A stretch of 64,000 nucleotides of DNA from an uncultured Gemmatimonadaceae bacterium (GCA_964416095.1 CAYQCY010000003.1:27877-91876), one strand, 5' to 3'. Counted from the stretch's first letter, positions 37,001 to 46,607 are shown. The notes: generated by a model from the sequence alone, not told the origin. Numbers and translations: made by a program.

Positions 37001-40000
37001 GCGCCGTTCACGGCCGTGGCGGTCGCGCCCCGCAGCGGGATGCGGTAGAGACGGAACGCCGTGCCCGTCTCGTGCTGGGTGCGGACGAGGTACGGAGAGA
37101 CGGCATCCAACCGGATCGCGTAGCGATGGTAGGGCCCATCGGCGTCGTCGAGGACGCCGTTCCCGTTCAGGTCCTCGGTGTCGGGGCGGCCGTTGTTGCG
37201 CGTGCAGTTGGCCCGGCGATCACCCAGGGGCACCGGGTTCAGGCGGTCCGCCTCGCATTCCTGGTCCCAGAGCCCCCGGGCATCCGCTTCGGGCCCCCAC
37301 ACCTCGCGCTGCGCCAGGCGGGCCTCCTCGTCGAGAACGCCCTCGCCCCACGGGATCCCCTCGTCGGTGATGCCGGCCAGGTTGCCGCCCAGGTCGTAGT
37401 AGAAGGCGTCTTCGCCGACGGTACCGATGTCGAAGATGAGGGTCGTCGCCTCGGCGCCCCCCTCCAGGGGCCCGACGTAGAACTCGAGAAACTCGGACCG
37501 GGAGAGGTCGAGCCCGGAAGGCGACAGGGAGGTGACGATGGAGCGCCAGCGCGGGTCCGACCCGGTGCGGGACGGGTCGCCGACCGTCAGGTAGAGGGCA
37601 CGCTCGGCCAGGCGGGCGCCCGCTATGTTGATCTGCTGGTCGATCTGCTGGGGCTGGAGGAAGCCGACCTCACGCCCGCCGGAGAGGTAGCGGTCCTGCC
37701 AGACCAGGGGGGTCGCGTTGCGGAGGCCGAGGGGCCAGGGCAGGTCCGGGGCTCCGTCGTCGTCCTGGGGCACGGAGCCGAGGCGCCAGTTCTGCTGCTC
37801 GAGGCTCAGCGGCAGCTCGTCGGTGGACTCGAAGTCGTCCAGGTAGGTGGCGCCCCGTGTGTTCGGGTCGGGTACGGAGAGGGCCACCTCGGAGGTCAGG
37901 TCCAGGCGCGACTCCGTATCCTGGCCGCGGCCGGCCAGGCCGGCCAGGGCGGCGTCGAGCCACGGCAGCGGCGTGTCGTAGCGTGCGCTGGCGCCGCCCA
38001 GCAGCACGGCGCCCGGCTCGGTCCCGAGCTGCGGCCGGGTCATGAGCGTCCGCTCCGACTGGTACATCCCGACCACGTTGATCTCGCCGCGCCCGCCCAG
38101 GTCGTAGCGGGAGCTGAGCCCAAACACGGTGGTGGGCGCCAGTTGGAAGAGGGGCTGCTGCTCCCACGTCGCCCGGATCTCCGCGTCCCGGCTCGCTCCC
38201 AGGACCCGCTGCGGGTTGAGGAGGGTGACCGTGCCCAGGTCGTAGTCGATGACGTAGTCGACGCCCCGGACCAGGAGCCGCCCGTCCACGGTGATCCGCT
38301 CGCTGTTCGGCCGGATCCCGAACGCGCCCAGGTTGAACGTCGAGGCCAGCCCCTCGCTCCGGACCCGGTAGTCGAAGTTCAACCGGTACTGGGCCGCGTT
38401 GCGGCGCTCCACCGGGTCCAGCAGCTCGTAGATGGCCGTGTTGGCGTCCGTCCCGATGACGGCGGCGTTCTCGGCCGCCGTGAGTCCCTCCGACGGCACC
38501 GGCGGCGGCCGGCCGAAGGGCGCGAGGGTCGGGAAGACGACGAACGTGCCCCGGATCGCTCCACTCGTCTCCAGCCCGGCCAGGTCCGACGGCCGGAAGA
38601 TCCGGGCCTCGTCCACCCGGTCCACCGGCGCATTCTCGTCCAGCCCGAAGAGGCGCAAGAAGGGCACCCGCCGGCCGCGCACCTCCTTGAAGGTGATGCC
38701 CGCAGCTTCCTGGCCCAGCGAAATGCTCAGCTCCACGCTCGACAGCTCCACCCCGCTGGACGCGACGAACCGGTAGACCTGGTGCATCTCCAGGTCCCAG
38801 GTCGGCTGGTTCGGCTGGTGGATCGTCCCGGGACCGCGCACCAGGCGCAGGACCGGCGTGGACCCCGGCGGCAAGCTCTCCGCGCCGGGGGTGCCGACGG
38901 TGTCGCCGGACTCGGTCACGTACGCCACCGCCAGCGCCTCGTCGGGGCGGAGCGGTACCCTCAGCATGAACCAGAGCCCGCTGGGGTGGACGATGTAGTC
39001 CTGGCCGGGCTCCAGCGGCCGGAACAGACCGCTGTGCCGGAGCACTCCGTCCGATGCCACGCCATCGGCCAGGAAGTAGCCCTGCTGCGCCTGCTCCTGG
39101 AAGTTGCCCGCTACGGCGCCCTCGTCCCGGTAGAGGGCCAGGCCGCCGGGCCGGGGCCGGAGCGTGGGCGGCGCATCCGACGCCACCAGCCGCAGGGGAT
39201 CGAAGTGCGGCGCCCCCACGATGGCGGCGGGGTCCACGGCGAAGAAGAACTGGCCCCGGACGTACTCGGCGTCGTCCAGCACGATCCGCGCATCCTGCAC
39301 CAGCCCGGCATCGGCCCCGGCGTCCATCCTGAACTCGCGGCTCGCCACATCGCCCTTCTGCTGGGTCCAGACCGCCTGCACGTCCATGGCGCCCAGTCGG
39401 CCGGTGCCCTTGAAGCCGAAGTTGCCCGCCGGGATGCCCCGGGTCAGGTACCGGGACCGGGGCAGCTCCAGCGAGACGTCGCCCACCTCGATCCGCTGCA
39501 GCACTTCGCCGGGCAGGCCTTCGTAGTAGACGTTGATGTTGTTCGTCGCATCGAACTCCCGGCGCTGGTCCCAGTCCACGTCGATGTGGACCCGGTCCGA
39601 GATCGTCCCGCCGACCTGCACGCCGAACTGCACGTCCGGCTGGATCCGCGGGAACAGGCCGGGGTCGCAATTGAACCGGAGCGTCGGATCGCAGGGACGG
39701 TACCGGATCCAGGCACCGCCCAGCTCACCCCGGCCCTGGACCCGGAGCCCCAGGTCCGCGAACTCCTGGACCGCTTCCGGGATCAGGATCGGCGCCTCCC
39801 GCTCCTCCGCCCGGACCACGGAATCGGGCGCCGTCTCCTCGAGCTCCGCCGCCGGGCCCCGCGTCAGCGCCCGGACCGGCGCCACCGACGCCCCGGGCGG
39901 GGACAGCGCCAGCCGATCGGGCCAGTCGGGGAACGCCGGCGCCGACGGGCCCGCACGGAGCTCCGGCATGCGCGGGAGGCGCACCGGCAACGGCGCCGGG

Positions 40001-40137
40001 ACCCGGGCATGACCCAGGACGACGTACGTCGCACGCTCCCGGTCCGGACCGCCCGGGGACGGTACCTGGGCAGCCGACCGCGCCGGCAGGGCGGCGGCAG
40101 CGAACCATGAAAGGGCTACCAGGAGCGTTCGGCGCAT
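34060..40137 (-). CDS. sprA: T9SS translocon SprA/Sov family outer-membrane protein (2025 aa)
   Basis: Signal peptide. The block IDVDWDQRREFDATNNINVYYEG...LQRIEVGDVSLELPRS...GNFGFKGTGRLGAMDVQAVWTQQKG aligns by eye with the conserved SprA N-terminal block (DANYDTQATFDFDNQVKLEYTG...IEAGNVSMPL...LFGVKTQLKFGK...SEQKS). Confidence 0.85.
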   Translation of the reverse strand: MRRTLLVALSWFAAAALPARSAAQVPSPGGPDRERATYVVLGHARVPAPLPVRLPRMPELRAGPSAPAFPDWPDRLALSPPGASVAPVRALTRGPAAELEETAPDSVVRAEEREAPILIPEAVQEFADLGLRVQGRGELGGAWIRYRPCDPTLRFNCDPGLFPRIQPDVQFGVQVGGTISDRVHIDVDWDQRREFDATNNINVYYEGLPGEVLQRIEVGDVSLELPRSRYLTRGIPAGNFGFKGTGRLGAMDVQAVWTQQKGDVASREFRMDAGADAGLVQDARIVLDDAEYVRGQFFFAVDPAAIVGAPHFDPLRLVASDAPPTLRPRPGGLALYRDEGAVAGNFQEQAQQGYFLADGVASDGVLRHSGLFRPLEPGQDYIVHPSGLWFMLRVPLRPDEALAVAYVTESGDTVGTPGAESLPPGSTPVLRLVRGPGTIHQPNQPTWDLEMHQVYRFVASSGVELSSVELSISLGQEAAGITFKEVRGRRVPFLRLFGLDENAPVDRVDEARIFRPSDLAGLETSGAIRGTFVVFPTLAPFGRPPPVPSEGLTAAENAAVIGTDANTAIYELLDPVERRNAAQYRLNFDYRVRSEGLASTFNLGAFGIRPNSERITVDGRLLVRGVDYVIDYDLGTVTLLNPQRVLGASRDAEIRATWEQQPLFQLAPTTVFGLSSRYDLGGRGEINVVGMYQSERTLMTRPQLGTEPGAVLLGGASARYDTPLPWLDAALAGLAGRGQDTESRLDLTSEVALSVPDPNTRGATYLDDFESTDELPLSLEQQNWRLGSVPQDDDGAPDLPWPLGLRNATPLVWQDRYLSGGREVGFLQPQQIDQQINIAGARLAERALYLTVGDPSRTGSDPRWRSIVTSLSPSGLDLSRSEFLEFYVGPLEGGAEATTLIFDIGTVGEDAFYYDLGGNLAGITDEGIPWGEGVLDEEARLAQREVWGPEADARGLWDQECEADRLNPVPLGDRRANCTRNNGRPDTEDLNGNGVLDDADGPYHRYAIRLDAVSPYLVRTQHETGTAFRLYRIPLRGATATAVNGASAATWRFVKHLRITVVSRAPGVSTLALARLRITGSRWAKRSVHGVLDGQTGSDEGLGSATTAFQVGSVSRLTEGADYRSPEGVREQVPDPTQAIGASGVEFNERGLKLTYTDLEPDERAEVYFRYPQQPRSFLQYGQLRLYGLAYRGDWGFTGSQALLVKVGTDAENYYLYRTRLKAGRDGGAVQPADWLPELVIDFEQWYALRAEAERVLSERGPSSEPVEVWSVDSTYAVVLQDRARGPNLAAVREISFAVHNGRALPSSGEVWLNDVRLGGAVTEPGLAGRLEMDLNAGDLLDATLELGAEGGRYQQLNAAPDYQRALDVSVAATARLGRLAPESWGVAIPLSVSYGRTGTEPIFLESTDVVAERLPSLRPTRATHRRVGVALRKTTPASNPWVGAVVNGLALRAGYATASTSRIASARDAVGVDGAVSYDRRPADVRVDIVPSFVTDALRALVPRAVEESEFFQGLADASLRLTPERVALSTAYRRQEDRTFRYTGILALDGDREVEARESPREALENRASVTLRPFESVTAALSVISARDLLDPARATTRPTEQAALERAQGGVAGLDLGWERDRTLASELSVRPRIASWLRPSLSYTGRFRQRRTPAYVELQVTGADTTALLQRTFHGERRLSRGLMLEPGALSRAVLGTPDEVVNLRWTDAIVRVINGAAGRLLPAEFTWDDGISSRFERELASPDLGYQLGLGGQGAFRRIDGDTAAAVILRDGFRARTGLRLPGQARLEVGYGETRTTLDDLRAGERAERERRWPEIRLDWQDVPVPETWSFLESATVTSGLTRTRRLIFIDAAGAPVERVARELTLPIRIRLMLGGGLNFTYGATVTTGDGTDPTGGSERDAATHSLAFGGRFLAPPALQDRFPRPIGVSVRYDYQADQQCRLPAVFRGEDECTPYVDFLNRTLDLTLDTDLSDLNVGLRLSYTDRRSFVGTRAGSSQFQLGLFGQFDFAAGTTGGGIP

Positions 40138-40278
40138 CGCGTACGTCGACGACCGGGATTACGGAACTCGCCGCGGCGTGCGATCCCCACCGCGTCCGCG
40201 AGGGACCCAGAGGGTTGTTGCAGGGGTAGTGTCACCATAGCATAGCGACCCGATGCGTTCCACGCGACGCTTGCGTCC

Positions 40279-41694
40279 ATGACCATTCTGACGCGCTACA
40301 TCCTCCGGGCCCACATCGGCCCGTTCCTGTTCGCGCTCTCGGTGCTCACGGGCGTGCTCATGGTGAACACCGTCGCCCGCCGCCTCGAGCAGCTCGCCGG
40401 GAAAGGGCTCCCCGTCTCCACCATGCTCGAGGTCTTCGTCCTCTCCCTGCCCCACATCCTGGCCCTCACCCTGCCCATGGCCGTCCTGGTGGCGGTGCTG
40501 TACACCTTCAGCCAGCTTGCCGCCGAGAACGAGATCACCGCGCTCAAGGCGAGCGGCGTCAACCTCATGCGGCTCCTCGCCCCGCTCATCGTGGCGGCGC
40601 TCGGCTTCGCCGCCGGCATGATCTGGTTCAACGACAGCGTGCTGCCCGACACGAACCACCGCCTGAAGGTCCTGTTGGTCAACATCGGCAACAAGAGCCC
40701 GACGCTGCAACTGAAAGAGCAGGTCCTGAACGACATCCGGGCCGGTGACCGCCGTTCCCGCTTCTTCCTCCAGGCCGCCGAGATCGACCATGCCACGAAC
40801 CGGCTCCGGGACGTGGTGATCTACGACCTGAGCCGGCCCGGCCAGGAACGGACCATCTACGCCGACAGCGGGCTCATGGCCTTCACCGCCGACCGCACGG
40901 ACCTCTTCCTGACCCTGGACGACGGCTGGATCCACGAGCTCGACACCAGCACGCCGCAACGCTTCCTGCGCACCTTCTTCGAGCGATACGAGATCCAGAT
41001 CAAGGGCGTCGGCGATCGCCTGGAGCACCGTGAGAGCGAGTTCCGCAGCGACCGGGAGATGTCCCTCGCCCAGCTCGACATGACCGTCGACGCGGCCCGG
41101 CGCGAAGCCGAGCAGACCCGGGAGGAGACGCGCGAGCTGTCCCTGGCCACTCTGGAGGAAGCGCTGGCGGGACCGAACGACAGCAACAGGCGTCGCCTGC
41201 GCATCGAGCGGGACCCGAATCGCCCGCCCATCCGCCGGACCGACGACCTGGTGCGCCGCACCGCCGTCGAGATGCGCACCAGGAACAGCCGGGCCCAGCT
41301 CCTCGAACGCCGGGCCAACATGCACGCGGTGGAGTACCACAAGAAGTGGGCGATCTCCTTCGCCTGCATCGTGTTCGTGCTCATCGGCGCGCCGCTGGCG
41401 GTGCGCTTCCCGCGCGGCGGCGTGGGCATGGTCATCGCCGTCTCCCTGACCATCTTCGGCATCTACTACACGGGTCTGATCGGCGGTGAGCAGCTCGCCG
41501 ACAAGGGCACCGTCTCGCCGGTCTGGGCCATGTGGGTGTCCAACGCCCTCTTCGCCCTCCTCGCCCTCTGGGGCATCTCCCGCATCGGCCGGGAAGCGTC
41601 CCACTCCCGCGGCGGTGGCTGGGACGACCTGCTCTCGACGCTCAGGGGCCTGGCGGCCCGACCGCTCCGCCTCCTCGGCACGAGCCGGCGCTGA
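40279..41694 (+). CDS. lptF: LptF/LptG (YjgP/YjgQ) family LPS export permease
   Basis: MTILTRYILRAHIGPFLF start, 6 TM segments and a large periplasmic insert. Confidence 0.85.
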   Translation: MTILTRYILRAHIGPFLFALSVLTGVLMVNTVARRLEQLAGKGLPVSTMLEVFVLSLPHILALTLPMAVLVAVLYTFSQLAAENEITALKASGVNLMRLLAPLIVAALGFAAGMIWFNDSVLPDTNHRLKVLLVNIGNKSPTLQLKEQVLNDIRAGDRRSRFFLQAAEIDHATNRLRDVVIYDLSRPGQERTIYADSGLMAFTADRTDLFLTLDDGWIHELDTSTPQRFLRTFFERYEIQIKGVGDRLEHRESEFRSDREMSLAQLDMTVDAARREAEQTREETRELSLATLEEALAGPNDSNRRRLRIERDPNRPPIRRTDDLVRRTAVEMRTRNSRAQLLERRANMHAVEYHKKWAISFACIVFVLIGAPLAVRFPRGGVGMVIAVSLTIFGIYYTGLIGGEQLADKGTVSPVWAMWVSNALFALLALWGISRIGREASHSRGGGWDDLLSTLRGLAARPLRLLGTSRR

Positions 41695-41695
41695 C

Positions 41696-42769
41696 ATGCG
41701 GATCCTGGATCGGTACGTCGCGGCCCAGTTCGTCAAGCTCTTCACCCTCTTCGTCCTCTCCGCGCCCATCCTGTTCGTCCTGGGCGACATCACGGAGAAC
41801 CTGGACACCTACATGGACCGGGAGGTGGGCGCAGCCGCCGTGGCGCTCGGCTACCTCTACGGCCTGCCCCTCTTCGTCCTCTGGTCCATCCCCATCGCGG
41901 CCCTCATCGCCACCATCTTCACCGTCAACGGCATGACCCGCCACTCGGAGGTCGCCGCCGCCAAGGCGGGCGGCATCAGCTTCTGGCGGCTCTACGCCAT
42001 GATCCCGATCATGGGCATCGTGCTCACCGGGCTCGGACTCGGCCTCACCGAGGTCGTGCCGCACACGAACCGGCTCAAGGCCGAGGCCCACGGCGAGAAA
42101 CGCCTGGTGCGGACGGACCGGACCGACTTCGTCTACCGCGACGACGAAGGCCGCGCCTTCTCCATCCGCCGCCTCGATGTAAACGCCGGGCGTATCCAGG
42201 GGCTGACGGTGGAGCGCGAGGGGAACGAGCCGGTGGTGCCCTCCGTCCACATCGTGGCGGAGGAGGCCGTGTACGACTCCGCCGCGGACGCCTGGGCCCT
42301 CCGGGACGGCTACCTCCGGCTCTTCGCCGGCCGCGACGTGGAGCGCGCCTTCTCCTTCGCCACGCTCACACCCACGACCTTCACCGAGACGCCCGAGCAG
42401 CTCCTGGCCCAGCCCAAGGAGCCGGAGGAGATGACGTACGGCGAGCTCGACCGCCTCATCGAAATCCTCGAGCGGTCCGGTGGCCAGCCTTTCGACCTCA
42501 TGGTCGAGAAGGCCCAGAAGATCGCCCTGCCCGTCGCCACCCTCGTCATCGTCCTCTTCGCCGCGCCGCTGGCCACCTCCTCCCGGCGCGGCGGCGCCGC
42601 CTACGGCGTCGGCATCTCCCTCGCCGTCACCATCCTCTACCTCATGCTCTTCAAGGTGGCCGGCGCCGCCGGCTCCAGCGGCGCCATGCCGCCCCTGGTC
42701 GCCGCCTGGGCCCCGAACGTGGTGTTCTTCGCCGCGGCGGTCGTTCTCATGGCCCGCGTACGATCGTAG
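41696..42769 (+). CDS. lptG: LptF/LptG family LPS export permease
   Basis: Start MRILDRYVAAQFVKLF (ATG 41696, 1 nt after the lptF stop). Confidence 0.85.
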   Translation: MRILDRYVAAQFVKLFTLFVLSAPILFVLGDITENLDTYMDREVGAAAVALGYLYGLPLFVLWSIPIAALIATIFTVNGMTRHSEVAAAKAGGISFWRLYAMIPIMGIVLTGLGLGLTEVVPHTNRLKAEAHGEKRLVRTDRTDFVYRDDEGRAFSIRRLDVNAGRIQGLTVEREGNEPVVPSVHIVAEEAVYDSAADAWALRDGYLRLFAGRDVERAFSFATLTPTTFTETPEQLLAQPKEPEEMTYGELDRLIEILERSGGQPFDLMVEKAQKIALPVATLVIVLFAAPLATSSRRGGAAYGVGISLAVTILYLMLFKVAGAAGSSGAMPPLVAAWAPNVVFFAAAVVLMARVRS

Positions 42770-42791
42770 CCCCACGGCGCCGGCCCGCCGA

Positions 42792-43661
42792 TCACGCCCG
42801 CCAGGCCGACCACACCTCCCCCGGCACCCGCGCTTCGTAGATGATCTGCGCCGGCCCGCGCAACGTGAGCTCGTAGTTCTCGGCCACGTGGACGCCCACG
42901 GAGCCCCCACGCATGCGCACGGTCACGTCCCGCTCATCCAGGAGCCCCAGGCGCGTCGCCGCCGCGGCCGCGGCGCACGAGCTCGACCCCGAGGCCAGCG
43001 TCTCGCCCACGCCGCGCTCCCAGATCCAGATCTCCAGCGCTCCGGGCCCCACCACCTTGGCGAACTGCACGTTCGTCCCCGCCGGGAACGCCTCGTGCGT
43101 CGCCAGTCGCGGTGCCCGGGCCAGGAAATCGTCCCGGTCCAGCACGTCCACCACGACCACGCAGTGCGGGTTGGCCGTCGAGACCGGGGTCACCACCGCC
43201 GTCAGCCCGTTCCCCAGGTCCAGCTCGCTCCGGAGCGCCTCCCCCGGCTCCGGCGCGAAGCCCACGTCCGCGCCGGCGAAGGAGGCGCGGCCCATGGCGA
43301 CCCGGATGTCCACCGATCCGTCGTCCCGCTCGCCGAGGACCTGCATCGACACGACGTCCTTCGACAGGGCGACCTGGAACGGGTCCCGGCCCACGAGCCC
43401 CCGCCGATACAGCCAGGCCCCGAAGATGCGGAGTCCGTTCCCGCTTTTCTCCGCCTCGCTGCCGTCCGGGTTGTAGATGCGCAGTCCCACCGGGTCCCGG
43501 TCCAGGAACCCCACGAGCAGCCCGTCGGACCCGAGCCCGAAGTGCCGGTCGCAGACCCGCCGGATCAGCCCCTCCCCCGGCACGCCGCCGACATCCGCCG
43601 CCGACACCACGAGGTAATCGTTCCCCAGCCCGTGCCCCTTCGCGATCACCAGTTCGTCCAT
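42792..43661 (-). CDS. diaminopimelate-epimerase-fold protein (DapF family) with both catalytic Cys replaced by Ser
   Basis: KGHGLGNDYLVV, NPDGSEAEKSGNGLR (E. coli: NADGSEVAQCGNGAR) and ERGVGETLASGSSSCAAA (E. coli: ERGAGETQACGSGACAA). Start moved to MDELV (ATG 43661). Confidence 0.8.
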   Translation of the reverse strand: MDELVIAKGHGLGNDYLVVSAADVGGVPGEGLIRRVCDRHFGLGSDGLLVGFLDRDPVGLRIYNPDGSEAEKSGNGLRIFGAWLYRRGLVGRDPFQVALSKDVVSMQVLGERDDGSVDIRVAMGRASFAGADVGFAPEPGEALRSELDLGNGLTAVVTPVSTANPHCVVVVDVLDRDDFLARAPRLATHEAFPAGTNVQFAKVVGPGALEIWIWERGVGETLASGSSSCAAAAAATRLGLLDERDVTVRMRGGSVGVHVAENYELTLRGPAQIIYEARVPGEVWSAWRA

Positions 43662-43834
43662 CACCCCTTCTCCGGCTCGAGGACGTCTCCGTCGAGATCC
43701 GCCTTGAAACACTCGTCGGGCCGCCTCCGTACGGCCATGTGCACGGCCGAGGCAACGATCGGCCCGGCCGAACTGTCAAATGCTAACGACGCGGACGCCA
43801 CAGCGGCCCGTCACGACCCGACTCGGAACCACGT

Positions 43835-46549
43835 ATGATACGAACGCTGCTGCAACACGCGACACCATGGCACCGAAGCATCCTGGTCGGGTTGGTCCTG
43901 GCCGTGCCGACGCTCGCCGCCGGCCAGACCTCCGGAATCGTCGCCGTGGCCGAGTCCGTGGATGCCTCGTCCACCGGCGCCGCGCCGACGCTCGTGGCGG
44001 AGCGGGTGTCCGACGGGCCCTACATCGATGGACGGTTGGACGAGGCGGCCTGGGTCGGAGCCGACGTGGCCACCGGCTTCACCCAGATGTCGCCGAACCC
44101 GGGCGATCCCGCGAGTCAGCGCACGGAAGCGCGCATCCTGTACGGGGACGGCGCGATCTTCATCGGCATCAAGCTCTACGACACGCACCCCGACTCCATC
44201 GTGGCCCAGCTCGGGCGCCGGGACAGCCAGGTCTATTCCGACTGGGTGTTCGTCGCGCTGGACAGCTACTACGACCGGCGCACCGCCTTCACCTTCGGGC
44301 TGAATCCGCGGGGCGTCATGATGGACGTCCTCCTCCACAGCGACACGGACCAGGACGATTCGTGGGACGCGGTCTGGGAAGGCGCGGTGAGCATCGTGGA
44401 CGACGGCTGGATCGCCGAGTTCCGGATCCCCCTGTCCCAGCTCCGGTTCAGCGGCGACGAAGGCGAGCAGACGTGGGGCGTGAATTTCCTGCGTAGGATC
44501 GCCCGCAACGGCGAGGAGTCGGTCTGGTCGCCCACGCCGCCGGACGGATCCGCCCTCGTCTCGGCCTTCGGCCAGCTCCGGGGGCTCCGGGACCTGGACC
44601 CGCCCCGGCGCCTCGAGCTCATGCCCTACAGCGTGGCCAGGATGACCCTCGCCCCGGGCGATGCCGAGAACCCGTTCTACTCGGAAGCCGACCCGTACGG
44701 CTCCCTGGGCGCCGACCTGAAGGCCGGCATCACCTCGGACCTGACGCTCACGGCCACCTTGAATCCGGACTTCGGCCAGGTCGAGGCGGATCCGTCCGTC
44801 GTGAACCTGACGGCCTTCGAGACGTTCTTCCCCGAGAAGCGGCCGTTCTTCGTGGAGGGCGTCGACATCTTCCGCTTCGGCATCGGGCTCGGCGATGGAG
44901 ACCTGGGGAACGAGAGCCTGTTCTACTCCCGGCGCATCGGTCGCCGGCCCCAGGGACACGCCGATGGCGACTACGTCGATGCGCCGGACGCCACCACGAT
45001 CCTCGGTGCCGCGAAGCTGTCCGGCAAGACGCCGGGCGGCTGGTCCATCGGCGTGCTCAGCGCCGTCACGGCCGAGGAGCAGGCCCGCACCGTCGACGCA
45101 TCGAGCGGGCTACGGGAGCGGCAGGTCATCGAGCCACTGACCAGTTACGGCATGGCCCGGGTCATCAAGGATTTCCGGGGCGGCCAGAGTGCGGTGGGCG
45201 CCGTGTTCACCTCCACGAACCGGGCCCGCCCCGATGACGGGTCGCTGGACTTCCTCCGGAGCGACGCGTACAGCGGCGGCATCGACGCGCGCCACCGGTT
45301 CGCCGATGGGGCGTACCAGATCCGGGCGTCCTTCGTCGGCAGCCACATCCAGGGGCCGCCGCAGGCCATCGACCGGGTCCAGACCTCTCCGGTCCATTAC
45401 TTCCAGCGGCCCGACGCCGACCACCTGGACTACGACGCGAGCCGCACCAGCCTCTCCGGGTTCGCCGCGAAGGCGGAGCTCATGAAGCTCCGGGGCAAGT
45501 GGCGCTTCGCCGCTTTCGCCCTGACCCAGTCGCCGGGCTTCGAGGTCAACGACCTCGGCTTCCAGCAGAACTCGGACCTGGCCATCACCGGCTTCTGGGG
45601 AGGCTACCACCAGTACGAGGCAGGCAACCTTTTCCGGAGCTGGAACATCAATGTGAATGGCTGGACCGGCTACACGTACGGCGGCGAGCACGTCGCGCTG
45701 GGCGGCAATGTGAACGCCGGCGCCCGGTTCAACAACCTGTGGGGCATCCACGGCGGCGTGAACCGGGAGCTCGGCGTGCTGTCTCCCGGCCTGCTCCGGG
45801 GCGGCCCGGCCTTCAAGCGGCCAGGTGGCCTGAACTGGTGGGCCGGCATGTATACGGATGACCGCGCGGCGGTCAACTTCGACTTCAACGTGAGCGGGTC
45901 CTTCCAGGACGAGACGGACGGGCGGCGCATCTCACTGAGCCCGGGCATTACCGTCCGACCGTCGAACAACGCGGACCTCAGGATCGGTCCCTCCATCTCC
46001 TGGAACCGGAACGCGCTCCAGTACGTGGGCGAGCGGGACGCAAACGGGCAATCGTATTCCCTCCTTGGCACGGTGGATCAAACGACCCTGGCGCTGACCG
46101 CTCGCCTCAACTACACCTTCTCGCCGACCCTGTCGCTGCAGTTCTACGCGCAGCCGTTCATCAGCGCCGGCGAGTACGGGAACTTCCGATACGTCGCGGA
46201 CCCGCGGGCCGAGGCGTACGCCGACCGGGTCCATACCCTCACCGGCTCCGAGATCCAACCGGTGACGGACGCCGACGGCGCCATCACCCACGTCGTCGAC
46301 CTGGACCGCGACGGCACCGACGACTTCGAGTTCCGGGACCCGAGCTTCAACTTCAAGCAGCTCCGCTCCAACCTGGTGCTGCGCTGGGAGTACCTGCCCG
46401 GGTCCACCCTGTTCGTGGTCTGGAGCCAGGGCCGCACCGATTACGTCAACGACGGACGGCTCCGCTTCGAGCAGGACGTGGACCGGCTGCTCGGCGCACC
46501 GGGGACCAACGTCCTGCTCATCAAGGCCAGTTACTGGCTCGGCCTGTAG
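43835..46549 (+). CDS. DUF5916 / CBM9-like domain outer-membrane-associated protein
   Basis: 904 aa with a signal peptide. The N-terminal block IDGRLDEAAWVGADVATGFTQMSP...DSWDAVWEGAV...GWIAEFRIPLSQLRF is typical of the CBM9-like plus DUF5916 family. Confidence 0.7.
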   Translation: MIRTLLQHATPWHRSILVGLVLAVPTLAAGQTSGIVAVAESVDASSTGAAPTLVAERVSDGPYIDGRLDEAAWVGADVATGFTQMSPNPGDPASQRTEARILYGDGAIFIGIKLYDTHPDSIVAQLGRRDSQVYSDWVFVALDSYYDRRTAFTFGLNPRGVMMDVLLHSDTDQDDSWDAVWEGAVSIVDDGWIAEFRIPLSQLRFSGDEGEQTWGVNFLRRIARNGEESVWSPTPPDGSALVSAFGQLRGLRDLDPPRRLELMPYSVARMTLAPGDAENPFYSEADPYGSLGADLKAGITSDLTLTATLNPDFGQVEADPSVVNLTAFETFFPEKRPFFVEGVDIFRFGIGLGDGDLGNESLFYSRRIGRRPQGHADGDYVDAPDATTILGAAKLSGKTPGGWSIGVLSAVTAEEQARTVDASSGLRERQVIEPLTSYGMARVIKDFRGGQSAVGAVFTSTNRARPDDGSLDFLRSDAYSGGIDARHRFADGAYQIRASFVGSHIQGPPQAIDRVQTSPVHYFQRPDADHLDYDASRTSLSGFAAKAELMKLRGKWRFAAFALTQSPGFEVNDLGFQQNSDLAITGFWGGYHQYEAGNLFRSWNINVNGWTGYTYGGEHVALGGNVNAGARFNNLWGIHGGVNRELGVLSPGLLRGGPAFKRPGGLNWWAGMYTDDRAAVNFDFNVSGSFQDETDGRRISLSPGITVRPSNNADLRIGPSISWNRNALQYVGERDANGQSYSLLGTVDQTTLALTARLNYTFSPTLSLQFYAQPFISAGEYGNFRYVADPRAEAYADRVHTLTGSEIQPVTDADGAITHVVDLDRDGTDDFEFRDPSFNFKQLRSNLVLRWEYLPGSTLFVVWSQGRTDYVNDGRLRFEQDVDRLLGAPGTNVLLIKASYWLGL

Positions 46550-46589
46550 GAAGGGGGAGCACAGACCCACGAGCACAGGACGACGCGGG

Positions 46590-46607
46590 GCCGGGAGACG
46601 TCCCGGC
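46590..46607 (+). terminator. short GC hairpin after the DUF5916 gene
   Basis: GCCGGGA-gacg-TCCCGGC. Confidence 0.35.
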
